Below are positions 19,567 to 28,424 of a stretch of DNA of 64,000 nt, in pieces. The stretch is from Candidatus Magasanikiibacteriota bacterium. Its GTDB lineage: Bacteria > Patescibacteriota > Patescibacteriia > Magasanikbacterales > UBA922. Within the stretch, counting starts at the first letter, position 1; each line of letters begins with the position of its first letter. The stretch is taken from positions 24,624 through 88,623 of the forward strand of contig JBAYVA010000001.1 in assembly GCA_041674805.1 (NCBI GenBank). The letters run 5' to 3'. Both the position numbers and the translations under genes were made by a program. Below the pieces are notes generated by a model, which did no database searches, was not told where the DNA came from, and saw nothing but the letters and a program-made list of their open reading frames with translations.

Positions 19567-20712
19567 ATGTTTGGTAAGAAAAAAAATACTGTTAAAAAAG
19601 AAGAACCAAATTTGAATGTCACTGTAATACCAGAGGTTTTTTATGGTGGGCAAGATCCTTATATTTATAAAGTTGATAATGAACAGATATCAAATAATAA
19701 TGTATCCAAAAAAACAGAAAAAATTGATCATAAACTGAAAGTTGCTCAGCAAAAAAACAATCAAAAAGATAAAAAGTTATTTTGGATAGTTTCTATTGTA
19801 AGTTTTATAATAGTAGTATCGGGTATTACTTGGTATTATTTGGCTCCTTATTATAAAGCAAGAAAAATTTCTTTGGAAAATACTAATAACTCTCAAAATA
19901 ATAATACTGAAATTATTAATATTGATGTTTTACCAATTAAGACTGTTACAACGACAGAAGATATTGTTTCTACAACTTCTACTTTGGAAGAATTAGTTAG
20001 TAGTACTCCTTCTTTACAAAATGTATTTTTACAATTTCCAGCTATTTTGACTTTAGACACAGCGGATATTGATGCGGATAGTTTGACTGATTTAGAAGAA
20101 GAAGTTTTTGGTACAGATAGTGGTACTTGGGATAGTGATAAAGACAATTATTATGATGGTCAAGAAGTATACAATTTGTATAATCCAAAAGGGTTGGCTC
20201 CGGTCAAAATAATAGATTCTGGTTTGGTGAATGAATACAAAAATAATTATTCTGGTTATAGATTATATTATCCAAACACTTGGCAAAAAGGTGCTGTAGA
20301 TGCAGTTGAAACACAAGTTTTGTTTAGTTCTGCAAATGGTGATTATATTGAAGTAAGAGTATTCAAAAAAGATGTAGGTCAACAATTTATAAGTTGGTTT
20401 AGTCGTTATGCTGAAGGACAAAATTATAGTGATTTGCAATCTTTTAAAAATCGTTTTTCTGAGTCATCTTGGTTAAGAAAAGATAGTCTTGTTTCTTATT
20501 TTGAAGATAGTAATTATATTTTTGTGATGGTTTATCATCCAAAAGATAGAGGACCCGTAGCTTATAGACATGTGATGCAAATGATGTATCAAAGTTTTAG
20601 AATGCCAAAAACAGATACTGTATTGCCTGAACAAATTATTTATCCAAGTACTACAAGTTCTACAACTAATGTTTCAAATACTGTGAATTTTGTTACTAAC
20701 ACTAGCTTTTAG
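19567..20712 (+). CDS. Single-TM protein with degenerate D-x-D repeats plus a C-terminal globular domain (third paralog)
   Basis: TM segment LFWIVSIVSFIIVVSGITWYYLA, then DIDADSLTDLEEE and DSDKDNYYDGQE. Confidence 0.55.
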   Translation: MFGKKKNTVKKEEPNLNVTVIPEVFYGGQDPYIYKVDNEQISNNNVSKKTEKIDHKLKVAQQKNNQKDKKLFWIVSIVSFIIVVSGITWYYLAPYYKARKISLENTNNSQNNNTEIINIDVLPIKTVTTTEDIVSTTSTLEELVSSTPSLQNVFLQFPAILTLDTADIDADSLTDLEEEVFGTDSGTWDSDKDNYYDGQEVYNLYNPKGLAPVKIIDSGLVNEYKNNYSGYRLYYPNTWQKGAVDAVETQVLFSSANGDYIEVRVFKKDVGQQFISWFSRYAEGQNYSDLQSFKNRFSESSWLRKDSLVSYFEDSNYIFVMVYHPKDRGPVAYRHVMQMMYQSFRMPKTDTVLPEQIIYPSTTSSTTNVSNTVNFVTNTSF

Positions 20713-20716
20713 TTTT

Positions 20717-21163
20717 ATGGATTGTAATGTTTTTTTTAGTGTAAAAAACAAAATTTTGAAAGAAACAGAAATACAAAAAATTGTTTCAGATGTTTTGTCA
20801 CAACAAAAAAGAAAAGGTAATATAAGTGTTCATATAGTAGGTGATAAAAAAATTAGAGATATAAATAAAATTTATAGAGATAAAGACAAAGTAACTGATG
20901 TAATTTCTTTTGCTATAGAAGAAGGTGAAAATATTTTTGATTTTATTGATGAAAAAGATTTAGGTGACATTTTTATTTGTGCCAATCAAATAAGACGTCA
21001 GGCAAAAGAAAATAATATTTCTGAAAAAGAAGAAATGATTAGAATGTTGGTTCATGGTATCTTGCATATTTTGGGTTATGATCATTTGCAAGAAGTAGAT
21101 GCAAAAAAGATGTTTGCTTTGCAAGAAAAATTTGTAAAAAAATGTTATGTTAAAATTAACTAA
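20717..21163 (+). CDS. ybeY: rRNA maturation endoribonuclease YbeY
   Basis: Metal-binding motif HGILHILGYDH. Start placed at the ATG at 20717 (MDCNVFF) rather than 20690, which overlaps the previous gene. Confidence 0.85.
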   Translation: MDCNVFFSVKNKILKETEIQKIVSDVLSQQKRKGNISVHIVGDKKIRDINKIYRDKDKVTDVISFAIEEGENIFDFIDEKDLGDIFICANQIRRQAKENNISEKEEMIRMLVHGILHILGYDHLQEVDAKKMFALQEKFVKKCYVKIN

Positions 21164-21518
21164 ATGTAAAAAAAGTTTTGTCTATGCTCTTAAAGGTTTG
21201 AATTATACTTTTAGGCGTGAACAAAATTTTAGAATAGAAATTTTTATAGCTTTATTAATGGTAGCAGCTATGTTTTTTTTCGGTCTTAGAAATTCTGAAA
21301 AAGTAGTAGTTATGTTACTTATTACATTCATATTGGCTTTGGAAATGTTTAATACTATTATTGAAAGATTCTTGGATTTATTAAAACCTCGTTTGGATGA
21401 TCAAGTTAAAGTTTTAAAAGATATTATGGCCGGAGCTGTTTTGTTGGCTTCGTTGGGTTCTCTTATAATTGGTTTTATGATTTTTTACCCATATATATTT
21501 GAGATAATTTTCAAATAA
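21147..21518 (+). CDS. dgkA: Diacylglycerol/undecaprenol kinase (DgkA family)
   Basis: 123 aa with three TM segments and a DgkA-like layout (N-terminal amphipathic helix, EMFNT...E). The ybeY-dgkA synteny supports the call. Confidence 0.75.
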   Translation: MLKLTKCKKSFVYALKGLNYTFRREQNFRIEIFIALLMVAAMFFFGLRNSEKVVVMLLITFILALEMFNTIIERFLDLLKPRLDDQVKVLKDIMAGAVLLASLGSLIIGFMIFYPYIFEIIFK

Positions 21519-21549
21519 TGTTATAATATCTCATATTACAAAAAATACT

Positions 21550-22812
21550 ATGGCAAAAAACAAACACATGTCAGATATTATTACCGGTTTAGATATAGGT
21601 TCTAATAGTGTTCGTGTCGCTGTTGGACAGTTTTCTATTATGCGTGATGAGGATAATCCTACTTTGCAAATTATTGCAGCGTTAGATGTTCCTTCTGAAG
21701 GTGTACAAAAAGGACAAATTATTAGTATTGAAGATACTGTTTCTTCGGTTTCCAATGCTCTTGAACAAGTAGAAAAAATTATTGGCTTACCTGTGTCTCA
21801 TATTTGGGTGGGTGTTTCTGGAACACAAATCATTTCACAAGAAAGTAAAGGCGTGATTGCTGTTTCGCGTACTGATGGTGAAATTTCTGAAGATGATATT
21901 GAGCGTGCTGTTGATGCTGCCAAAGCCGTTGCCACACCTCTTAATTATGATATTTTGCATGTTTTACCTCGTAGTTTTGCAGTTGATGGACAGACTGGTA
22001 TCAAAGATCCAGTTGGTATGACAGGCATTAGATTGGAAGTGGATACAAAAATTATTCATAGTGTAAGTTCTCATATAAAAAATTTAACAAAAGTTGTATA
22101 TCGTACAGGTGTTGATGTTGATGATTTTGTATTGTCTATATTAGCTGCAGGAGAAGTTGTCACTAATAGTCGACAAAAAGAATTAGGTTGTGTGGTAGTA
22201 AATATTGGTGGTCCAACAACTAGTTTGGTTGTATATGAAGATGGCGATGTTATTCATACGTCTGTTGTGCCGATAGGCTCTTCTCATATTACCAATGATT
22301 TGGCTTTGGGATTAAAAACTTCAATAGATATTGCCGAAAGAGTAAAAGTAGAATATGGAGCTTGTGTTAGTAAAGGTATTAGTAAAAAAGAAATGATTGA
22401 TTTGAGAGATTTCGGTAGTGATAAATCTGATGTTGTTAGTAGATATTATGTCAATCAAATTATTGAAGCTCGCGTTTCTGAAATATTAGAAAAAATAGAT
22501 GATGAGTTATCTTCTATAGAAAGAAGTGGTATGTTGCCTGCTGGTATAATCTTTATTGGTGGTGGTGCCAAAATAGAGGGGTTAGTGGATACTGCGAAAG
22601 AGGTATTGTCTTTACCGGCACAACTTGGTTATCCTTTGGGTATGGATAGTATTAGTAATAAAGTAAATGATGTTTCTTTTGTCTCGGCTATTGGTTTGGT
22701 AAAGTGGGGAAGTACTTTGCTTCAAAGTGTCAGAGGTCGTAAAAAATCTATCAATATTGGTTCCAAAGTAGGGGACACATTTAGAAATGTTTTCAAAAAT
22801 CTGTTGCCATAA
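21550..22812 (+). CDS. ftsA: Cell division protein FtsA
   Basis: Actin-like ATPase fold (GLDIGSNSVRVAVGQ...) immediately upstream of ftsZ. Confidence 0.9.
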   Translation: MAKNKHMSDIITGLDIGSNSVRVAVGQFSIMRDEDNPTLQIIAALDVPSEGVQKGQIISIEDTVSSVSNALEQVEKIIGLPVSHIWVGVSGTQIISQESKGVIAVSRTDGEISEDDIERAVDAAKAVATPLNYDILHVLPRSFAVDGQTGIKDPVGMTGIRLEVDTKIIHSVSSHIKNLTKVVYRTGVDVDDFVLSILAAGEVVTNSRQKELGCVVVNIGGPTTSLVVYEDGDVIHTSVVPIGSSHITNDLALGLKTSIDIAERVKVEYGACVSKGISKKEMIDLRDFGSDKSDVVSRYYVNQIIEARVSEILEKIDDELSSIERSGMLPAGIIFIGGGAKIEGLVDTAKEVLSLPAQLGYPLGMDSISNKVNDVSFVSAIGLVKWGSTLLQSVRGRKKSINIGSKVGDTFRNVFKNLLP

Positions 22813-22835
22813 AAGTCATTATTTTGCGTATTATT

Positions 22836-22864
22836 AGATGCCTTGCGAAAGGTATCTTTTTTAT
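22836..22864 (+). terminator. Rho-independent terminator after ftsA (agatgcc/ggtatct stem followed by a T-run)
   Basis: 7-bp stem with one G-U pair, an 8-nt loop, then TTTTTTATTTT. Confidence 0.5.
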
Positions 22865-23101
22865 TTTATTTTTTCTTTTAGCTTATTTAGTAATTTTGCT
22901 TATTGTGTTTTTCTTGACACTATATACAAAAACTAGTAAAATATAGATAAGTTAATAAATTTTGTATTCATTTGTTGTTATTTGAATACAAAAAGTACTC
23001 AGATGAATAATCATTGTATTTGTTTAGAAAAGATTAGTTGTTTAAATAGATTTTTCTGAGTATTTAAGTTCATAATTCCGCCTTGAGTGGAAATAAATTT
23101 T

Positions 23102-24499
23102 ATGCCTCAAGTAAAACCAGATATAGAAACATTTGCAAAAATAAAAGTAGTCGGAGTCGGGGGATCTGGCAATTCTGCTATTCAAAGAATGATAGATAGC
23201 AAAATTCGTGGTGTAGATTTTTTGGCGTTGAATACCGATGTACAAGCTTTGCATCATAATTCTGCACAAAAAAAATTACATATTGGAAAAACAGTAACAC
23301 GTGGTCTAGGTGCAGGTATGAATCCTGAAGTTGGTAAACGTAGTGCTGAAGAATCACAAAATGAAATTCGTGAAGCCTTAAAAGACACAGATATGCTTTT
23401 TATTACCTGTGGTCTTGGAGGTGGTACTGGTACAGGTGCAGCACCTGTGGTAGCAGAAATTGCTCATGATATGGGTATTTTGACTGTTGCTGTAGTAACA
23501 AAACCATTTACTTTTGAAGGACCTCAAAGAAAAAAAATTGCTGATAATGGTTTCGAAGAATTGGCTCGTTATGTGGACACTATTATCACTATTCCAAATG
23601 ATAGAATATTACAAATTATTGACAAAAAAACTAGTCTGCTCGAAGCTTTCAAAATTGTTGATGATGTTTTGAGACAAGGTGTACAAGGTATTTCAGAATT
23701 AATTACAGTACCAGGTCTTATCAATGTTGACTTTGCTGATGTAAAGACAATTATGAGTAATACTGGATCGGCTTTGATGGGTATCGGTGTTGGTAGTGGT
23801 GAAAATCGTGCGGTTGATGCTGCCAAATCTGCAATATCTAGTCCTCTTTTAGAAGTGTCTATTGATGGTGCCAAAGGTATTTTATTTTCTATTACTGGTG
23901 GTACTAGTCTTGGTATGCAAGAAGTAGCGGAAGCTGCCAAAATTATTACTAGTTCAGCTGATGATGATGTCAAAGTTATATTTGGTGCGGTGATAGATGA
24001 ATCTATGGGAGAAGATATTAGAATCACTGTTGTAGCTACTGGTTTTGACGATAGAGATTTAGATAATGCAAAAATGGTAAAAGCAGATTCCAACAATCCT
24101 GGTATGGAAGTTTTTACAGCCAAACGTCCTTTGTTTAAATCTGATATTTTTAATAGAAAAGTAGAAACAGTGAGAGAAAATCCTCAAGTACAAACTCCTT
24201 CAAAGTACAACAGATATGAAGAAGATGATTATAAAGAAGAAGTAGTAGAAGAAGAGATTGAAACAAGAAGAAATTCTGGTTTTAGCAAAAGGGCTGTGGG
24301 TTCATCTATAGATGTAGATATGGATATGGACATTGATAATTCTTCACGTAATAACAATGTTTCCAATCAAAACATTAATAACAATTCAAGAATGAATTCA
24401 GGAAGCAGTACTCTAAATCAAACAATGAACAAACCAAAAAAAGAAGATGCTGAAGATTTGGAAATACCAGCTTTCATTAGAAAAAAAATGGGAATGTAG
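23102..24499 (+). CDS. ftsZ: Cell division GTPase FtsZ
   Basis: Motifs KIKVVGVGGSGNSA and the tubulin signature GGGTGTGAAPVVA. The ORF track starts at a GTG at 23087, but the ATG at 23102 (MPQVK) is preferred. The C-terminal tail is acidic. Confidence 0.92.
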   Translation: MPQVKPDIETFAKIKVVGVGGSGNSAIQRMIDSKIRGVDFLALNTDVQALHHNSAQKKLHIGKTVTRGLGAGMNPEVGKRSAEESQNEIREALKDTDMLFITCGLGGGTGTGAAPVVAEIAHDMGILTVAVVTKPFTFEGPQRKKIADNGFEELARYVDTIITIPNDRILQIIDKKTSLLEAFKIVDDVLRQGVQGISELITVPGLINVDFADVKTIMSNTGSALMGIGVGSGENRAVDAAKSAISSPLLEVSIDGAKGILFSITGGTSLGMQEVAEAAKIITSSADDDVKVIFGAVIDESMGEDIRITVVATGFDDRDLDNAKMVKADSNNPGMEVFTAKRPLFKSDIFNRKVETVRENPQVQTPSKYNRYEEDDYKEEVVEEEIETRRNSGFSKRAVGSSIDVDMDMDIDNSSRNNNVSNQNINNNSRMNSGSSTLNQTMNKPKKEDAEDLEIPAFIRKKMGM

Positions 24500-24560
24500 A
24501 TACATGAAAGCCTAAAAACATATCCGCCCTAGGCGGATCAGTCTTCGCTGAAAAACAAAA

Positions 24561-24589
24561 AAACACTGTCGAGATGACAGTGTTTTTTT
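24561..24589 (+). terminator. Rho-independent terminator after ftsZ (acactgtc/gacagtgt stem followed by a T7 run)
   Basis: Perfect 8-bp stem and a T-run. A second palindrome, atccgccctaggcggat, sits at 24522..24538. Confidence 0.6.
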
Positions 24590-24610
24590 ATAAGTGTTCA
24601 GTTTTTAATT

Positions 24611-25306
24611 TTATTTTTGTTCTAAATAAACTAATAAAATTGTAAGAGAAATACCAAATATAAAAAGTATTGAAAATCCTATAATACTGGCTTTTAAAAT
24701 AAATTTATCAAGATTATCATCTGATTTTTCTTGTTTTATTATTTTTTGTGATTCTTCGGAAATTGGATAATTATATTTTTTCATTTTTTCTAATAAATTT
24801 TGAGAAATTTTTATTGGTATTCTGAATTCTTGTTTTTCTGTTTTTTTTGTTTGTATTTCAAGTACAATAATTCTGTTTGGGTTTTTATTATTTCCTATAT
24901 TTTTTATATAGAAATTTGTGTTAATTATGTTATCTTTATTAATTTTATTTTGCTCTATAATTTTGTTTTTAAATTTATGTAGTATTATTATCTCATTATT
25001 ATTTAATTTAAGATATAAGGAATGTTTTTTTTGCTCATATATAATATAAATAATATTTATAGATACAAAAAATAAGATTATAAACAAAAGATTCATGATT
25101 TCTGTTGATTCTATATTTTTGTTTATCCATTGATTGATACTTTGGTTTTTTTGCTCAGGGTTGGAAAATTGTAGTATATAATATAATGTAGTTATTAAAA
25201 TAGAAAATATAAAAAAACCTAATTTTGTTTTTTCTGAAGCTGGATTTAGAAAAGCTATTTTGAAAGTTTCTATTTTTTCTTTTGTTTCTTGATTCATACA
25301 AATCAT
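24611..25306 (-). CDS. Hypothetical membrane protein (3 predicted TM segments, Asn/Lys-rich)
   Basis: ORF only. No recognisable motif. Confidence 0.4.
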   Translation of the reverse strand: MICMNQETKEKIETFKIAFLNPASEKTKLGFFIFSILITTLYYILQFSNPEQKNQSINQWINKNIESTEIMNLLFIILFFVSINIIYIIYEQKKHSLYLKLNNNEIIILHKFKNKIIEQNKINKDNIINTNFYIKNIGNNKNPNRIIVLEIQTKKTEKQEFRIPIKISQNLLEKMKKYNYPISEESQKIIKQEKSDDNLDKFILKASIIGFSILFIFGISLTILLVYLEQK

Positions 25307-25323
25307 TATTTAGTTAAAAAAAT

Positions 25324-25779
25324 TTATTTCACAATTTTTCTTGCTTCTTCAATTTGTTTTTGGCATTCTTCTTTTAGAATACCAGTCTCTATATTTATTA
25401 TTTCATGAGAATATCTGGCTATATCAAAGATTTTTATATAAGGATTCATATGTTTTTCATTATCAGCACCTAAAATATAATTTCTTATTTTATATTTGAT
25501 ACAAACTGCCGCGCACATTGGGCAAGGTAAGGCGTTTATTATCATGTAATAATTACTCAAATCTTTGCTCTGTGTTTGTCTCACAATTTTACGGATTAGA
25601 TTTACTTCGGCATGTGCTACTGGATCTTGGGTAGATTTGGTATTGTTGTGTGCACTGGCAATGACATTTCCGTCCAGGTCAGCTAAAACAGCTCCAAAAT
25701 GGGAATTGCCTTCTTGCACTGCTTGGTCAGCTTCCGACATTGCTAGTCTCATTAGTTTTTCTTTGATTGCTTGAGTCAT
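25324..25779 (-). CDS. Cytidine/deoxycytidylate-deaminase-fold protein (TadA-like tRNA adenosine deaminase)
   Basis: Zinc-binding motifs HAE and PCPMC, with the spacing expected for a CDA-fold deaminase. Confidence 0.7.
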   Translation of the reverse strand: MTQAIKEKLMRLAMSEADQAVQEGNSHFGAVLADLDGNVIASAHNNTKSTQDPVAHAEVNLIRKIVRQTQSKDLSNYYMIINALPCPMCAAVCIKYKIRNYILGADNEKHMNPYIKIFDIARYSHEIINIETGILKEECQKQIEEARKIVK

Positions 25780-25789
25780 AATTAAAAAA

Positions 25790-26743
25790 TTATTTTAAGT
25801 ATTCATTCAAATTTATTTCTACAAAAAAATATTTTTCTCCGCGTTTAGCTAGGAAAAACATGATGCCATTTTTGTCCAATTCTATTGGATAGGAAAAAAT
25901 AGCACAACAACTTGAGGTTCTTATTTCATCGAAGTCTTCTGAAATTTTTTGTCCGTTGAAGAAAACAAATTTTTGTCCATCTTTTTCTCCGACAAAACCA
26001 GTTTTATTTTGATAAGAAAATAAATAGGAACTTGAATCTACTTCATATTTTTCATTGATAGTTTCATCTTGGTACCAAATATTATGTGTTGTTATGGGAT
26101 TGTTTTCGTCAGTTATTTTTATTGGATCGTAAAAATTAAAAGCTGGAGAATCCAAAATCATACTTGCGTCTATTATTGTACTTTCTGTTCCAAAAAACAT
26201 TGAGTGTAAAAAAATTTCTTTTTCATTTTTGTAAATATAATAAGTATCATCATTATTATCTTTATTTCCAACTGTGTAAATGTCTTTACCAAAGCCATAA
26301 ATACCAGATATTTGTTTTGTGTTTTCTATGATGTTTTTAGAAAATTTAGGTTCTATTATATCGCACCAATCAATACTATCACATTCTCCAATTTTGAAAT
26401 CAGGAGGTAAATTATATTTGAAAGCTTGTAAACCAACTATTGAACAATCATTTTTACTATTATCTTTGCATTCAATTTTTTCATGTAAATTATACATTGG
26501 TTCTTTCATTTTTATTTTTTGATTTTGGTCAAACCAAAAATCTTGTCCAGTTTTTTGAAGTTTAGTTATTTCTTTGGTTACTAAGTCTGAAAAATTCACA
26601 ATATCATCAACAACCCTACTTGTCAGAGTTGTTTCAATTTCATGATAAATTCCTGGTTTTGTTTTTTTATTAGAAGTTATGTTCTGGGTACAGCCTGTCA
26701 AAAAAAGTGTTACGGCTAAGATAGCGATGATTTGTTTTTTCAT
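25790..26743 (-). CDS. Hypothetical lipoprotein
   Basis: Signal peptide with lipobox LTGC (MKKQIIAILAVTLFLTGC). No other recognisable domain. Confidence 0.5.
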   Translation of the reverse strand: MKKQIIAILAVTLFLTGCTQNITSNKKTKPGIYHEIETTLTSRVVDDIVNFSDLVTKEITKLQKTGQDFWFDQNQKIKMKEPMYNLHEKIECKDNSKNDCSIVGLQAFKYNLPPDFKIGECDSIDWCDIIEPKFSKNIIENTKQISGIYGFGKDIYTVGNKDNNDDTYYIYKNEKEIFLHSMFFGTESTIIDASMILDSPAFNFYDPIKITDENNPITTHNIWYQDETINEKYEVDSSSYLFSYQNKTGFVGEKDGQKFVFFNGQKISEDFDEIRTSSCCAIFSYPIELDKNGIMFFLAKRGEKYFFVEINLNEYLK

Positions 26744-26778
26744 ATTTTAAAATATATTTTTAGAAATGATGGTGTAAA

Positions 26779-26835
26779 GAATGACAAGCGCCAGCTTGTC
26801 CTGTTGAACACGTGATAAGCTGGCGCTTGTCATTC
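26779..26835. repeat. Perfect 19-bp inverted repeat (gaatgacaagcgccagctt / aagctggcgcttgtcattc) with a 19-nt loop that contains CACGTG
   Basis: Read directly from the sequence. GC-rich relative to the surrounding DNA. Lies between the tsaD terminator and the start of the lipoprotein gene. Confidence 0.7.
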
Positions 26836-26892
26836 CATTTTTAGAGGTTATATTATTTTGAATTCTAGCATAATAAAACACATTTGTAAAAA

Positions 26893-26918
26893 ATAAAAAA
26901 ACGCTTTTAAGCGTTCTT
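26893..26918 (-). terminator. Rho-independent terminator of tsaD (minus strand: gaacgctt-aaaa-gcgtt followed by T7)
   Basis: The reverse complement of 26893..26918 forms a hairpin followed by TTTTTTTATTTTTT. Confidence 0.5.
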
Positions 26919-26920
26919 TT

Positions 26921-26956
26921 AACTTTATAACTTTATGAACTTTATAACTTTACAAA
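26921..26956 (+). repeat. Tandem array of AACTTTATAA-type units (family A), downstream of tsaD
   Basis: aactttataactttatgaactttataactttacaaact. The same array recurs at 28096..28133 (same orientation) and 61903..61936 (inverted). Confidence 0.6.
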
Positions 26957-28011
26957 CTCTTACTTTGGTATACTTTCCAATTCGGATCAGCTTGTACATC
27001 TTGCCACTTGGTAAACTTTCCTTCTTTTGCATAGTTGTAACCAGCCGCCGCAATCATTGCTGCATTGTCCATGGAATATTTGAGAGCAGAAAGATGAAAG
27101 TCTGTACCAGAAATGTGTTCAATAGTATTTTCCAAAGTTTCACGAAGTTTGGCATTGGCAGAAACTCCGCCGACTAGCAAGACATTTTTTGGTTTGTATT
27201 GTTTTATTGCTTTGACAGTTTTTTCAACCAAGACATCGACAATAGCTTGTTCGAAACTGGCACAAAAGTCTGACAAGTTTTTAGGTTCTAGGTAATAGGT
27301 ATTAGATTCTGTTTTTGGAGCATTATCTTGAAGCCAATAAAGAGCCGCAGTCTTAAGTCCAGAAAAACTCATGTCATAATCGTCGCTGTCTATCATTGGG
27401 CGAGGAAATTTTATAGCTTTGGGATTGCCATCTTGGGCGTGTTTGGAAATTTTTGGTCCACCTGGATATTCCAGTCCAACAATTTTGGCAATCTTATCAA
27501 AAGCTTCACCAGCAGCATCATCACGAGTGCCACCAATTTTTTCATAGTGGCCTTTTTCTCTAGATAAGATAAGTTCAGTGTGTCCACCAGAGACGACTAA
27601 GGACAAGATAGGGAAGTCGAGCTTTTGGTTGGTACTGTCAGCTTCTAGATGTAGCTTAACGCTGTTTATATGCCCGTCTATGTGGTTTACAGCCACAAGT
27701 GGGGTATTCCATAGGTAAGACAGAGTTTTGGCAGTTTCGACGCCTACAATCAGTCCTGTAATAAGACCAGGACCAGCTGTAACCGCAATAGCGTCAGGCT
27801 TGGCAAAGTCTTTCATTATTTCCTCTACTACAGGAGTAATTATTTCAGCATGTTTGCGTCCAGCTATTTCAGGAATCACACCACCATATTTTTTGTGTAT
27901 ATCAATTTGACTAGCTGTTTTTTCGGCTAGTATTTCTATTTTTTCGTCTGTGATCTCCATGAGACAGATAGATGTATCGTCGCAGGAGCTTTCGATTCCG
28001 AGGATTTTCAT
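26950..28011 (-). CDS. tsaD: tRNA N6-adenosine threonylcarbamoyltransferase TsaD (Kae1/Gcp family)
   Basis: Motifs MKILGIESSCDDTS, GGVIPEIA and HxxGH (NHIDGHI); length 353 aa. Confidence 0.9.
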   Translation of the reverse strand: MKILGIESSCDDTSICLMEITDEKIEILAEKTASQIDIHKKYGGVIPEIAGRKHAEIITPVVEEIMKDFAKPDAIAVTAGPGLITGLIVGVETAKTLSYLWNTPLVAVNHIDGHINSVKLHLEADSTNQKLDFPILSLVVSGGHTELILSREKGHYEKIGGTRDDAAGEAFDKIAKIVGLEYPGGPKISKHAQDGNPKAIKFPRPMIDSDDYDMSFSGLKTAALYWLQDNAPKTESNTYYLEPKNLSDFCASFEQAIVDVLVEKTVKAIKQYKPKNVLLVGGVSANAKLRETLENTIEHISGTDFHLSALKYSMDNAAMIAAAGYNYAKEGKFTKWQDVQADPNWKVYQSKSL

Positions 28012-28095
28012 AAAATGCTTGAAAGGCTTAAAAAGCTTTTTGTATTTGTTAGTTTAAACATTTTAACAAAAAAAATACGAAAAGTCCAGACTTTT

Positions 28096-28133
28096 AACTT
28101 TATAAACTTTATGAACTTTATAAACTTTTAACT
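28096..28133 (+). repeat. Family A tandem array (aactttataaactttatgaactttataaacttttaact), upstream of tsaD on the other flank
   Basis: Near-identical to 26921..26956. Confidence 0.6.
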
Positions 28134-28153
28134 AATGTATTCACACAAAAACA

Positions 28154-28182
28154 TTGACAATATTTTTATTTTTGTGTATAAT
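28154..28182 (+). promoter_or_regulatory. Candidate promoter for tRNA-Glu (TTGACA, 17-nt spacer, TATAAT)
   Basis: Consensus hexamers at 28154..28159 and 28177..28182, about 30 nt upstream of the tRNA. Confidence 0.45.
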
Positions 28183-28211
28183 TTTTTCGTCTTTAGTTAG
28201 ACAATTTAAAT

Positions 28212-28283
28212 GGCGCCATCGTCTAATGGTTAGGACACCAGGTTTTCATCCTGGTAATCGGGGTTCGATTCCCCGTGGCGCTA
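28212..28283 (+). tRNA. tRNA-Glu (anticodon TTC)
   Basis: GGCGCCA TC GTCT AATGGTTA GGAC A CCAGG TTTTCAT CCTGG TAAT CGGGG TTCGATT CCCCG TGGCGCT A. Confidence 0.85.
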
Positions 28284-28424
28284 CAATTTTGACAGTTAAC
28301 AATTAACAAATTCCAAAAAATGGAGTTTGTTTTGTTTTAATGTTGGAGCAATCAGTTGGTAAATCTGACTATTGTAAGAAGAATGATGTTGGAGTAAAAT
28401 ATTTAAGTAAATTAAACAAATAAT

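Noticed and set aside
23087-23101. GTG start for ftsZ as given in the ORF track (also GTG at 38829 for the GT2 gene and TTG at 38287 for tsaB)
   Set aside because: In-frame ATG codons a few residues downstream (23102, 38844, 38326) give N-termini that match the families better. The non-ATG starts cannot be excluded, but they are not preferred.
23569-24123. 184-aa antisense ORF inside ftsZ
   Set aside because: It overlaps a highly conserved gene on the opposite strand and its translation is Ser/Ile-rich low complexity. It is spurious.
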